64,000 bases of DNA from Holosporaceae bacterium (GTDB lineage: Bacteria; Pseudomonadota; Alphaproteobacteria; UBA7879; UBA5542): assembly GCA_022646525.1 (NCBI GenBank), contig CP060261.1, positions 664,452-728,451 of the forward strand, read 5' to 3'. Position numbers and translations under genes: made by a program. Positions 10,328 through 21,006 of this stretch are shown one piece after another (position 1 is the stretch's first letter; each line of letters starts with the position of its first letter). The notes below the pieces were generated by a model, which was not told the origin of the DNA, did not search any database, and saw nothing but the letters and a program-made list of their open reading frames with translations.

Positions 10328-10807
10328 TGCATATAACCTCGAAATTTTTAGTTGAAGTATGGCGGTACTAGCCCGCTGCTTCTGAGAGAAGTATGGCTTT
10401 TTTGCCCATATGACAAGGATTATCGTAAAAAAAGCCCTTGTTTTTTTTCTGTATTTAGGTGACGTAAAAAAACTTTCCACAGAGAAGGAAGGGTTTTTTG
10501 TCGGCGCGATGCGCCCTAGGCGGTTGTAGGATATACCCCCCAAAATATGGGAGTGCCCTTCGTACGCCTGGGGCTGCCATGCGGGTTTAACCCTGGGTGA
10601 TCGCACTTAAGTTTTGTTGTGAGAAGAACCAAGCGCTGCAGTTGCAGTGCCTGAGACATCTGTATAGACGCTTGCAGGTATGAAGAAGTAGCCTGTAACC
10701 CCAGCCAAAACAACGGCACTAGCGGCTGCATAGTAGTGGCGGTTAGGGCCAAGGTCTTCGTATCGTGCAAGGGCCCGACTTGTGACTGTGTGCCACGCAT
10801 CACCAAA

Positions 10808-11182
10808 CTATTGGTTTCGCAACAGTTCCATAAGCGTTGGATCCATGTGTGATAGATAGTTTAGGTCAGCGACTGTTGCATCTTGTGGGAATGCATCGAA
10901 CATGGTGCGGCCATAGGTGAAGGTTACACCATCAAGGGCATCGTCAACAGGAATGGTGAAGTTTACACGACGTGCACGGTAGGTGCCACTTGCGCTTTCG
11001 TTTTCTTTAAAGAAGTACGCAAAGCCTTGCTGTGCACCAAGGGCAAAAAAGCCTTCAAGCGTTAATTCATCACCATTATTGTTTGCAAAGGGTGAATTTC
11101 GGCTGGCCATGTCTGCTGGCACGCGGGGGATAGTCGGCAGGGACTTCGGCGCAGGTTCGTCAACCATGGTAACGACGGCCAC
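10808..11182 (-). CDS. Hypothetical protein
   Basis: ORF only. Confidence 0.45.
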   Translation of the reverse strand: MAVVTMVDEPAPKSLPTIPRVPADMASRNSPFANNNGDELTLEGFFALGAQQGFAYFFKENESASGTYRARRVNFTIPVDDALDGVTFTYGRTMFDAFPQDATVADLNYLSHMDPTLMELLRNQ

Positions 11183-11223
11183 TTGTTGGCGAACAAAGCA
11201 GAAGGCACGTTAGGGCCAGCCAT

Positions 11224-11259
11224 AAAAAAACGGGGTGAAACCACCCCGGTTTTTTTTTA
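11224..11259 (-). terminator. Rho-independent terminator after the coiled-coil gene
   Basis: aaaaaaacggggtgaaaccaccccggttttttttt. Confidence 0.6.
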
Positions 11260-11326
11260 CCACTTTGAAGAGAAAATTCTTCAAATAATGCCTTTCAGCA
11301 TTGTGTGGTTGCAGTTATGTGCTGGC

Positions 11327-12670
11327 TTATGCCGTCACAAAGCCTGGCATTGCATTGATGAATGCTTTGAATGCAGTATTCTTAGCAGTAGCTTTTGCTG
11401 CTTTTGTGCATCTTCGTCACCTACAGCAGAGTAGTCTGCAATGTCAGCGGCAGCCAGTGCGTTTTGAGTGTTGTCCACCCGTCTACAACGTCTCTGTACG
11501 CATCTACTTTTGCAGATACGGCATTAAGGTTGTCGACAAGCGTACCGTTTGTTGGGTTAGTTTCATCAACCAATGCGCCAACAGTTTCTTTTATTTCACC
11601 AAGACGTGTCATCGGATCAAAAGTAGAAGGATCTTCACCATCTTTTGCAAGAAGGGTTTGTACTTCTTTGCTTTTACTGATAATTTCGTTGCCTTGATTG
11701 ATAAGTTCGTCAAGGTCATTCTCGAAGTCGCTTGGGTTTGCTGTCTTCCCAAGGATGTCTGCGATTTTAGCGTGTGCGTCGTTAAGGGCAGTTTCCAGTT
11801 CGGTCGCCTTTGTTGCGGCTTGCGTACGTGCCAATTCTTTCGCGGCTGCATCGTCTTGTGCTGCTTGCAATTCGCCTTGAAGTCTTGCAACTTCAGCTTC
11901 TGCTAAACCTTTAAGACGTTTTGCGTCGTCAAAATCAGCCTGAGAAACGGTTGCGCTATCTTTAAGTCTTGAAAGCTCTTCGTTTGCTGTTTTAAGGCCT
12001 TCGTTTGCTGCGTCAAGTCTTCTATTAAGATCTGAAACATCACCAGCTGCTCTTTCGCATTCGCTTTTCAGTCTTCCAGCGTCATCTCTAAAGAATTTTT
12101 TTTTCCGCCTGCAGTTGGGCGCTTTTTTGGGAAAATTCTTCAGTTGATCTTCTAAGTTCGCCCTGTGTTTTGCGAAGACTTTCATTTGCTATATCACGTT
12201 CACGTTCTGCTATTTCTGCGTTTTGAGCAAGTTTCAAAACATTATCAAATAGGGCCTGATTTAGCTGAGAATTCAGCTTCAGGGTCAGCAACGGTGCCGT
12301 TTGACAAGGCTGTGAGGAAGTCACGTACTTGATCAACTTCAGAAACTACTGCTGTAGCAAGTGGGGCAGGGGCGCTTTTTCCTTTGCCGCCATCGCCAAG
12401 GTCGCCGTCAGCAGATGTTGCAAGAAGCTTTGCTTTCAATTTCTCAGCGAAGTCAGCTGAGTTTGATGCCGCTCTGAAACCTGTACGACCACCGAAAAGG
12501 GCAAGTGCGTCGATTCCATGTTGTTCAGCAACACTGATACGTTGTAATTCAGGAGCATTAACGATAGCAAAAGTCGCTTTCTTAATTTGCTCATCGTCAA
12601 GTGCTGCATGTGAACCGATGGCAAATACAGTAAGTGCCAACGACAATGCGGTTGTTTTTAAGAAATTCAT
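11327..12670 (-). pseudogene. Secreted coiled-coil protein split over at least 4 frames
   Basis: Signal peptide MNFLKTTALSLALTVFAIGSHA at 12670. ORFs 12245..12670, 12088..12336 and 11421..12185, plus a tail ending ...AMPGFVTA-stop at 11327, are collinear and rich in heptad-like A/E/K/L/Q sequence. Confidence 0.55.
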
Positions 12671-13107
12671 TTCTTTATGTCTCCGTTATTATTTCGCAGG
12701 GTTTTGCCTGGTTTTCCTAAGCTTTCCCCGCATTACTATTAAATGACCCCACACATATATAATGTGACAGTCGACATAGCTGCCACCATAGTGTCTTAGA
12801 ATTCTTTTGAAATATCACATCGATCATGGCGCCCATGCAATAAAAGCATAATTTTAAAATATCAAGGGATTATGGGGTGTTTTAGGGGTGGTGTGTCCCC
12901 AAAAAAGCAGGGGCAAAATGCTTAAAAATCCGCCTGTGAAATGACAAAAATTGTACGGGGTGGGTGCCCCTTTTAAAGACCTGAGAAATGGGGTACATAT
13001 AGGGGGCTGTGCACGGCGTTTAAGCACCCAAAAAGGCAAGACGGGTGGCTGTTGCGGGCCTGTGAAATATAAATTTGCGGAAATTAAAGTTCTGCTGAGA
13101 GAAAAAA

Positions 13108-13326
13108 ATGGCAAAAGAAGATTTAATTGAGTTTGAGGGCGAAGTTTTAGAATTATTGCCCAATGCCACGTTTCGGGTGGCTTTAGAAAATGGGCATGAA
13201 ATTATTGCCCATACATCGGGCCGCATGCGCAAACACAAAATTCGTGTGATGGTGGGCGACCGAGTGACCGTTGAGATGACCCCTTACGACCTGACCAAAG
13301 GGCGTATTACCTTTCGATCAAAATAA
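13108..13326 (+). CDS. infA: Translation initiation factor IF-1
   Basis: 72 aa: [72 protein letters not shown]. Near-canonical IF-1. Confidence 0.95.
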   Translation: MAKEDLIEFEGEVLELLPNATFRVALENGHEIIAHTSGRMRKHKIRVMVGDRVTVEMTPYDLTKGRITFRSK

Positions 13327-14263
13327 TAGCCCTTGTGATAGCGTGCCTTGGGGTTTTGTTGCAGCCGTCCCTTCTTGGGGACTAGTTTAAGGGGGGGTAG
13401 GCGCAAGAGCGCCCCTCTTGGGATGCCATAGCGCCTCTCTCGGGATGCCATAATAATGGGGATAGGCTGTAGAGATGAGCCCTATTATAATGGGCGTAGA
13501 GATGGCCTATTATGGCCTATTATAGTTGTGTCTATGATTGTGTGCCCACTGCCCAAAAATAATTGTCATTTATTTTTTAAATATTAAATATCGCAAATAT
13601 ATTGGTGTGCGTGTATTTTTTAGCATAGGGGGGTGTGGAGTTCGGCATAAAACCCTTGCCAGCATTGACGTTTTTATAACAAAAGAGGGGTAACGATGCT
13701 TGCTTTGCCGAAAATAAAAATGGTATAGTCGAAAGTGAGGGCGCACCCCTGCAACCATGACTGTAAGGTGATATATGGACCATGAACCCCACGCTGGGAA
13801 AAAACCTGGACACGAACCACGTAAACCCCAGAAACAACCGCCCCTGACAACGGGCAACACAGCGCTTTCGAAGCGCAACGCTGTGCCCCCATCGGATCCC
13901 ACAAACGCTAAAGCGCTTTTTTCTGATACTTCTTCTCGCTCTTCACTTTCTGCCCCTTCTTCTGCAAATGATGCTGTTTCTGAAGGCGCCCAGCGCCCTG
14001 ACTTTGGGGGCCGGCCCGCTGGCCCTGATGTGTTTGCGCAAGCGGGCGTGCGGAATTATGCCGCCCACCCCCCCTTATCGCACGTGAAAGGTGCCTCCGG
14101 GAAGCGGGCGGATGCCTTTAAACAGGCGGATGTGCTGCGCCCAGGCACCTTGCCGGGAGGGCACACATTAGATGGGAAAAAAGGCGTGGATGCGCAAAAA
14201 ACAGGTGCGCTGAACAAAAGCCCTTCTTCACCGGGGGGTGCCCGTTCGCCCGCAGCCCCAGAA

Positions 14264-14557
14264 ATGGGCGGTGTGCAAGCCGGTGGCATGGGGCTGAAGA
14301 ACGCCTTGCAAGAGGCAGAAGGCACAGCGCAAGAAGGCGTGAAGCCCGAGGGCGCGATTGCCCGTTGCCCCTTGTGCCGGAAAGACACCCTGCACGCGTT
14401 TCGACCCTTTTGTTCGCATAAATGCAAAATGGTGGACTTGTATCGATGGGTTTCGGGGCACTATGTGATTCCGGGTGACCCTGAACAAGTGCTGGAAAAA
14501 GAAAAAGAAGAAGCCTTAGAAGAATGGCAAGAGGGCGGCCAAGACGGGCCTTTGTAA
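14264..14557 (+). CDS. yacG: DNA gyrase inhibitor YacG-like zinc-finger protein (the ORF is open from 13775)
   Basis: CPLCRKDTLHAFRPFCSHKCKMVDLYRWVSGHYVIP matches the YacG CxxC...RPFCSxxCxxxDLxxW motif. Internal ATGs at 14264 and 14288. The upstream 160 codons are low-complexity. Confidence 0.65.
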   Translation: MGGVQAGGMGLKNALQEAEGTAQEGVKPEGAIARCPLCRKDTLHAFRPFCSHKCKMVDLYRWVSGHYVIPGDPEQVLEKEKEEALEEWQEGGQDGPL

Positions 14558-14894
14558 AGCGGCATAAAAGGGTGGCCAAGACAGCCCTTTGTAGGAAAAT
14601 GGCCATAAAGCCTGCTGCACTCTTGCTTTGCGCTTTTTTTGAACGTTATTTTTTTGTCGTTGTTTGGGCGTGTGGCGGCGACTTAACCCAAATTCATATA
14701 TTTCAGCCTGTTATATTTATGTTGCATATTGGCAACTTTTCTGATAAACCCGCTTCACATCAAGAGAAATAGATTCTTTTTTTTGTTGAAAACACGTATG
14801 GTGTGAACCATGAATCTGTTTCAACTAGATGAGGTGGAGTGTGTTGCCCCTTTATGAAACGAACTAAATTATTGAGTGTACGGAGATAATTAAA

Positions 14895-15644
14895 ATGAAA
14901 CTAACAAACAAACTTTTGGCCCTTGGATTGATGACAAGCGCTTTCGCTTTGCAATCTGCAAACGCTGCAAACCCTTTTTCAGGTGTGTATGTGGGTGCGA
15001 CGGCGGGTATGTCAAGCATGAATGCCAATGCTAAGAACGATACAACACAGGACGCCACTGCTGCAAACGCAACGATGAACTGGAAAGGCAAGAAAAAAAC
15101 AACTTTCCAAGGCAACCTTTTGGTAGGTAAAGAAGTTTACCGCATTAACAACGACATGCCTGTGGCTGTTGAGTTCACATTCGGTACGACTACTGGTGCT
15201 GAAAAGAGAAAAGAAGCACAACAAGTTGCGGGTGCGCTTGACCCCCGTTTGACAAAAGTACGTCAAACTTGGAAGTTGGGCCTAAGCGCTGTTGTTGGCC
15301 ACAAAATCACGAACAAAATGACTGTTTCTGGTAAGTTGGGTGTTGTATACTCGAACTTCCGTGTTGACCAATTGATCAATGACTCTGGATTCACAGGCGC
15401 ATTTGATGGTCTTAACAGAAAATTCGGTAAAGACATGCGTTTGTGGGGTGTTGAGCCTGGCGTGCGCTTGAGCTATGACATCAACGACTGTATGTGCACG
15501 TTTGTTGAAGGTACTTATACCTTGTTCCAAAGCAAGAAACAAACATTCATCAACCAAGGTACTGCACCAAACACTGAACACTTCACAACGAAGATCAGCC
15601 CACGTGTATTCGGCCTTGTTGCTGGTTTCACATACAAGATGTAG
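14895..15644 (+). CDS. Outer-membrane beta-barrel protein (Omp25/OMP_b-brl-like)
   Basis: Signal peptide MKLTNKLLALGLMTSAFALQSANA, alternating beta-strand pattern, C-terminal VFGLVAGFTYKM. Paralogous to 22309..23034 and 23259..24014. Confidence 0.75.
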   Translation: MKLTNKLLALGLMTSAFALQSANAANPFSGVYVGATAGMSSMNANAKNDTTQDATAANATMNWKGKKKTTFQGNLLVGKEVYRINNDMPVAVEFTFGTTTGAEKRKEAQQVAGALDPRLTKVRQTWKLGLSAVVGHKITNKMTVSGKLGVVYSNFRVDQLINDSGFTGAFDGLNRKFGKDMRLWGVEPGVRLSYDINDCMCTFVEGTYTLFQSKKQTFINQGTAPNTEHFTTKISPRVFGLVAGFTYKM

Positions 15645-15673
15645 TTTCTGTTTAGAAACGAATCTTAAAAAAA

Positions 15674-15697
15674 CCCCGGTTTTGCCGGGGTTTTTTT
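15674..15697 (+). terminator. Rho-independent terminator after the OMP gene
   Basis: ccccgg-ttttg-ccgggg followed by ttttttt. Confidence 0.7.
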
Positions 15698-16011
15698 ATG
15701 CCATCTGTCCAGCCTGATGGTTGAATGATGTTGCCCGCATGAAACTGACGTTTGAATAGGGGGGTAAAAGAGTAGGCCGTGGGGGCAACTGCGGACACAC
15801 CTGTACCGGATCCGGTGTGGACGGTTTATAGTTGGCCGCTGGTGGGGTTAAGCTGCGATGGAGCTAGAAAATATTGTGGGCCATGTTGTTATGATGAAGT
15901 GCTGGGGTATTGTGGGGCCAATAGTTTTGGGTGTGTGGCGCAATAGTGTTACATTCTGGCTCTATATAGATCTGTAGGTCCCATACTCTATGCCGCTGTT
16001 AATGTGGGTGG

Positions 16012-16040
16012 TAAAAAACCCGCCTGTCCAAAAAGCGGGG
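16012..16040 (-). terminator. Terminator after the UbiH-family pseudogene
   Basis: The minus strand reads ccccgc-tttttggacag-gcggg followed by tttttt. Confidence 0.5.
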
Positions 16041-16103
16041 GGTGTAGCAGGGTTTGTATCGTAGCTTAGGACATCTAATTCAGCACGCGCGACCCATCTT
16101 GCA

Positions 16104-17316
16104 TCATAAGAGAGATGTTTTGCGGGCTAAGCCGGTGCCTTCTTCAGCGAAAAAGGTTTTAATGGTGGGCATGGATTCAATGGCTTTCAGCCCGGTGCTG
16201 CGAATCCAGCTGAGCATGGCATTTTCATTAGAGAAAAGGCGGTTGAGGCCATCTGTTGCCCCCAAAAGCGACAGGTGGCGGCGTCGTTGCTGGCGTTCGT
16301 AATTTTGCAACAGGCCCCGACTGCCCAGATCAAGCCCTAAGGAAAGGCCTTGTGCAATGACATCTGACAATACGTCGGCATCTTGAATGCCCAGGTTAAA
16401 CCCTTGCCCGGCAAGGGGGTGAATGACATGGGCGGCATCTCCCAAAAAGGGCCACCCGGTTGGTGGTGAAGTTGGGTGTCCACACCCCTTTGATGGGGAA
16501 ACGCCATATGGGCGATGCGGGGTTAGGTCGCTGTACTCTTGCATGAAAGCAGTTGCTTCTTGGTCGAATGCTTCAGACGTGAGGTTTTAAAGCACTTCTG
16601 CCTTTCATCGGGCACTGTCCACAAATCGAGCTGCGATTTTCTGGCAGGGGCAAAATAGCAAAGGGCCCTGTGGGCAAAAAAAACTTTTCATAGGCGCGGC
16701 CTTCGTGGGGGTGTGCTGTGCTGATAAATGCGCACAAAGGCTGTTTGGTCGTACGACCAACAGTGCCGGCGTAAGTTGACTATTTTGCCACGGTGGATTC
16801 TGCCCCATCGGCCCCTATAAGCAGCGAGGTGGTGATGGGCTTTTCTGTTTTCAGGTTGATGTCAATCGCATGATCAAACGGCGCCACATAGCTGGCACTG
16901 ACTACCTGATCGGCGATATATTCAATGTTGCACGACGCATGAATTTCGCGAAGCAGCGTATCTTTTAGAATTTTAGAATCGACCATATAGCCAAGCGGGC
17001 TGTTGTTTAAGTCGGATTCATTAATGTTGACGGCCGCACCCCGCCATCAACCGTATACACGTTGGTGAGGGGTTGGGCATGGGGGCGAGGGCTTCCCAAA
17101 GGCCCATGCGGTCGAAAATATCTTTCGAGCCCAGGGTAATCGAAATGGCACGCCCATCGCTGGGCTTGCTGAGCTGTTCGGCCAAAGATAATTTGTCGAT
17201 GACCCGAATGGGAATTTTTGATGTGACAGCATGATGGCGCTAAGCGTCCCCACGAACCCACTGCCGATGATCGTTACAGGATAGCCTGCACCTGAATATA
17301 GCATTATGTACCTCAA
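16104..17316 (-). pseudogene. FAD-dependent monooxygenase of the UbiH/UbiF/COQ6 family, multiply frameshifted
   Basis: N-terminal dinucleotide-binding VTIIGSGFVGTLSAIML (17047..17316). The C-terminal part carries GDAAHVIHPLAGQGFNLGIQDADVL (16104..16544). The intervening pieces lie in other frames (16605..16808, 16780..16986, 17007..17261). Confidence 0.7.
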
Positions 17317-17343
17317 CTACTTTCGGGAAAACGGTGTGCGGTG

Positions 17344-17963
17344 TTAAGGCCTGGGCTGCTTTAAGCGTTTAAGCAGCAGACAGGTTTTTGTGACAAATTC
17401 CCAATTGACCAGGTGGTCAAGAAAAACATCTACGTAGTCAGGGCGCCGATTTTGATAATCAAGATAGTATGCGTGTTCCCACATCGCATGTTAAAAGGGC
17501 GTTACCCTTGATGCGTTAAAGGTGTTTCAGCGTTTCCTGTTTTCAGGATAGACAGCCGATCGTCTTTTTCGATAAGCCATGCCCACCCACCGCCAAATTG
17601 GGTGAGGGCGGCTTTTTTGAATTGTGCTTTGAACGTTTCAAAGCTGCCAAAATCTTTTTCAAGGCGGGCCAATAAAGGTGCAGGCGGCTGACCGCCACCA
17701 GACGGGGCCATGCTGTGCCAATAGAACGTGGTTCCATATTTGGGCCGCATTGTTAAAGATACCTGTTAGACGAGGCTGGCCATGGACTTTTGAATAATGG
17801 TATCAAGGGGCGCGTCTTCAAATTCGGTTCCCGTGATAAGTTTATTCAAGTTCGTCACATAGGCTTGGTGGTGTTTTTCATGATGAAAAGAGAGTGTCTC
17901 GGCCGAGATATGCGGTTCGAGGGCACTTTTCTCATATGGGAGTTGTGGCAAAGTTATGCGCAC
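17344..17963 (-). pseudogene. sodB: Fe/Mn superoxide dismutase, at least 4 frameshifts
   Basis: GTG at 17963 preceded by ggagga. Collinear pieces in different frames: [53 protein letters not shown]...[31 protein letters not shown]. Confidence 0.8.
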
Positions 17964-18555
17964 GTTACGTTTCCTCCATTTATTACTTTTCTGATGGCAC
18001 GCTACCACTTTTTGGGCGCATTGCAAACATAAATTTGATGAAAACGATCTGAATTAAATCAGACGAATTTAATACTAATTGTCAAATATTCTTCAGCTCT
18101 ATGATTTAAATGTATTTTGTATAAAAAAATATGTATTTTTTTTTTCAATAAAAGTGCGCATGAACTGAGATTTCCCAGTTTTTCTTAGAAAATAGCTGTG
18201 TGGTAGAGGGTTTTTGTACGATGTATGTTTTTTAGGTTTTTATATTACGAATATTATAAAGAATACAATAAATACAGTTGTCTGATTGTTTTTTTTATAA
18301 TAATAGGCCCAATAAGCGCACTTTTTTTAGTTAAAGAGGGTTGTGCATCTTAGTGTTTAATGGCACATTGGCATGAAGAAAGCCCGTTAATCGAATTGAG
18401 ATCGGAAAATGGGGGCGCACAAAGGTAACGCAACACCTTGTGCCACTTGGTAGAAGCCTTGGTTTCTGACTTAATGAATGTTTAATGTTTTGGTTTGCAG
18501 CGGCCAAAAGTGCTTTTCGATCCTTTAAGCTTACGTTATTTTGTTACATTAAAAA

Positions 18556-18578
18556 CCCCTGAAAATTCAGGGGTTTTT
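18556..18578. terminator. Orphan terminator-like hairpin
   Basis: aaaaacccctgaaaattcaggggttttt, with no convincing CDS on either side. Confidence 0.45.
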
Positions 18579-18726
18579 ATTGGTTGTTTATGTTGTTTTG
18601 ATTTGTATAAATTCGCCTCTGCAGTTCTTAAGGGGGACACCGAACGTGTCATGATGATGGCGCCTCCGTTTGACTTTTGGGGTTATGCCCTTACACATTT
18701 TTTTTATTGTTAAATAAGGTATATAG

Positions 18727-19230
18727 ATGTATTTTTTTCGATTTTTTATTGTTTTTATTTCCAGCATTGGGCATTCTGCTTTTTGTCATTTAGATGAAGA
18801 TGTTGAGGGCGCTGTGGTGTGCCGGCGGCACAGCACCCGATGGCCCAGTTTTTATTTCCCCAGCATCTGCGCGCCGCTGAAAATATGGTGCGTGGCTACC
18901 GTAAGGTTGATTCTGATAGCCCCCACCCTGACAGATGTGATGCATGTGCCCCACCGGCGCCACTTTGACTATAGTATGTTGGTGACCTGCCTTCAAGAGC
19001 GCTACACGCCTTTGCCACAAACATGTAGGGGCGCCCTTGGATCATGGTTCTTTCCAGGTACAGATGAATTTAGGGCCAGCACTATTTCCAGTGATGATCA
19101 AGCCAGCCGATTGAATCGCGTCCAAGCAGCCGAAGAAAACAAGGGCCAAGCCTCTCGACGCTTGGGGCGGTGGTGCGGATTGTGGGCGAGCCTTCAAGAT
19201 TTAACCTTTCGTATATTAGAAGCCCTCTGA
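18727..19230 (+). CDS. Hypothetical protein with a hydrophobic N-terminus
   Basis: ORF only; first of a same-strand ORF chain that runs to 21390. Confidence 0.3.
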   Translation: MYFFRFFIVFISSIGHSAFCHLDEDVEGAVVCRRHSTRWPSFYFPSICAPLKIWCVATVRLILIAPTLTDVMHVPHRRHFDYSMLVTCLQERYTPLPQTCRGALGSWFFPGTDEFRASTISSDDQASRLNRVQAAEENKGQASRRLGRWCGLWASLQDLTFRILEAL

Positions 19231-19496
19231 GAAGACCCAAACAAAAAGTCTTTGAACGACATTTCTGTGGAGGCTTTTGCCCACTATGAAGTGCTGCGGG
19301 GGCTGCAAGAGGCCTATGATAATTTGACCACATTAGTGCAGTCATTAAGTGAAGGAGATGCAAGCGCCCTTGACGAGCTGCCGCCTGAAATAAGTGTGCT
19401 TGTCGAGGATATGCGTGCAGACCGTATGACCTTTGAGAACATGGTGCAGCACCCCTATGTGTTTTTCATGGTTCAGATTACATCAGCCATGAATGG

Positions 19497-20315
19497 ATGG
19501 GGCCGTTTGTGGGCGCCACCCAACAAAACCAAAAGTATTTTGGCCACAAGATGGAGGGGAAAAAGTTAAAATTTCTGAGAAAGCGGCATTTGGCGGCCTT
19601 GATTGCACGCAGCATTCATGAAGATTGGGCGCGCCTAAAAAATCATATGCCGCATTCGTTAACGCTGGCCACATTGATGACATTTTTATGGCAGACCTAT
19701 GAAAACGGGGCGGACCTTAAAGCATTTTATGAAGCCGTGGCGGGCCATGATTTAGATTGGGACCCCATTCAAGTAGAGACCAAATATATGAAAGATGAAA
19801 TGGCCTCCGTACGTGCCCAGATCATGGCAGCGCCAGATCAGTTTTGGACACAGCCTGCGGGCACGCAAAGGACCCTTCTAAGCCTTGAAGTCGTCACCAC
19901 AGGGTATGAATTGCCTGATTCGGGCATGGCCTGTGTGGATGGTTGGACGTATTCCGACTGTGTGGGCACCATGACGCGATGTGCGTTGATGGATGCCATG
20001 CGCACTGCTGATGGGGAATCGCTGGTAGGCATGTTACCAGAGGGGCCTTTTCAGGCCTTTTTCCAAACCTATGGCCACAAAAAGCGTATGGAAAAAGCCG
20101 CCCGTGATGCGTGGGCTGAAGCGAATAACACAGTACCCCATGCTAAACGGGTGCGTGCGGGTGGGCTTGAGCCATCGGTTGAAAATGTGGTGTTGGTGCT
20201 GCAGCATATGATGGGGGATAAAGAGCCTGTTGTTGCGGCTGTTGATTCAGAGCAGGCCTTTCGGGCGGCGCGCACGCGCTATCAAAATTTTTTGCCCGAT
20301 TCAGTGCCTGGTTGA
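19497..20315 (+). CDS. Hypothetical protein
   Basis: 272-aa ORF; overlaps the preceding ORF 19252..19569 and the following ORF (ATGA-type overlap at 20312). Confidence 0.45.
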   Translation: MGPFVGATQQNQKYFGHKMEGKKLKFLRKRHLAALIARSIHEDWARLKNHMPHSLTLATLMTFLWQTYENGADLKAFYEAVAGHDLDWDPIQVETKYMKDEMASVRAQIMAAPDQFWTQPAGTQRTLLSLEVVTTGYELPDSGMACVDGWTYSDCVGTMTRCALMDAMRTADGESLVGMLPEGPFQAFFQTYGHKKRMEKAARDAWAEANNTVPHAKRVRAGGLEPSVENVVLVLQHMMGDKEPVVAAVDSEQAFRAARTRYQNFLPDSVPG

Positions 20316-20887
20316 GCGGTGTGACGGGCCAAGACATTGTATTTTCAATGGAAAATGATGATGTGCGGTGGACGGATGGCCAGCGGACCACAGAGGCTGT
20401 TAATTTAGGTGTTGCTGGAGAAAGGCGTGGCGAGTTGCGGGTTGACCCAGGCCACGGTCAGTATCATGAAGAGGGCCAATCTGTATTTTCAGGTTTAGCG
20501 GCGGCTGAAGATACTTTGGTGTATCAGCTGATACAAGAGATGGTGACCACGCAAGCGCCCGACTGGCAGGAGCGACTACCTGGTTTGTTGCCTTTTTTCC
20601 CAAAAGAGGGGCAGCGTCAGATGATTTCTTTGTTGCCCCGAAACTATTATCAGGCCATGATTGCCCAGCATTTGCCGGTGACGTCGTGGGCGTTTGCGGC
20701 CTTGCCTGCGCTGGTGCCTTCGGTGGTGGCATCGGATGACCCAAGGGTGAAGATCATTTTTCAAGCGTACAGCCCGGGGATGGCACCGCCGAATATCTCT
20801 TATAATTTAATTGATTTAGATGGAATTGCAGGCATTATTACGGGTGACAGCGCCCCCCCAGAAAGAAGCCCTTCAACAGATTGTTGA
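20312..20887 (+). CDS. Hypothetical protein
   Basis: 191-aa ORF; continues in another frame as 20820..21044. Confidence 0.45.
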   Translation: MSGVTGQDIVFSMENDDVRWTDGQRTTEAVNLGVAGERRGELRVDPGHGQYHEEGQSVFSGLAAAEDTLVYQLIQEMVTTQAPDWQERLPGLLPFFPKEGQRQMISLLPRNYYQAMIAQHLPVTSWAFAALPALVPSVVASDDPRVKIIFQAYSPGMAPPNISYNLIDLDGIAGIITGDSAPPERSPSTDC

Positions 20888-21006
20888 CATCCTGCTGCGG
20901 CGGCGCCCGGCGCTTTTTAAGGAGTATGAAGCGCTGGAGACCTCTGTCACAGGGAGTCAATATTCTTGGCTGGGGGCGGCCCTTAACTTAGGTATGGTAC
21001 CCCCAG

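Noticed and set aside
10328-10606. The upstream two-thirds of ORF 10208..10606
   Set aside because: The translation is nonsense-like until the internal ATG at 10327, which opens a textbook signal peptide. The long ORF is an artefact of an open frame in the spacer.
13775-14263. The N-terminal 160 codons of the yacG ORF treated as genuine coding sequence
   Set aside because: The region is low-complexity, there is no RBS-supported start at 13775, and YacG proteins are normally about 60-70 aa. It is reported as an observation only.
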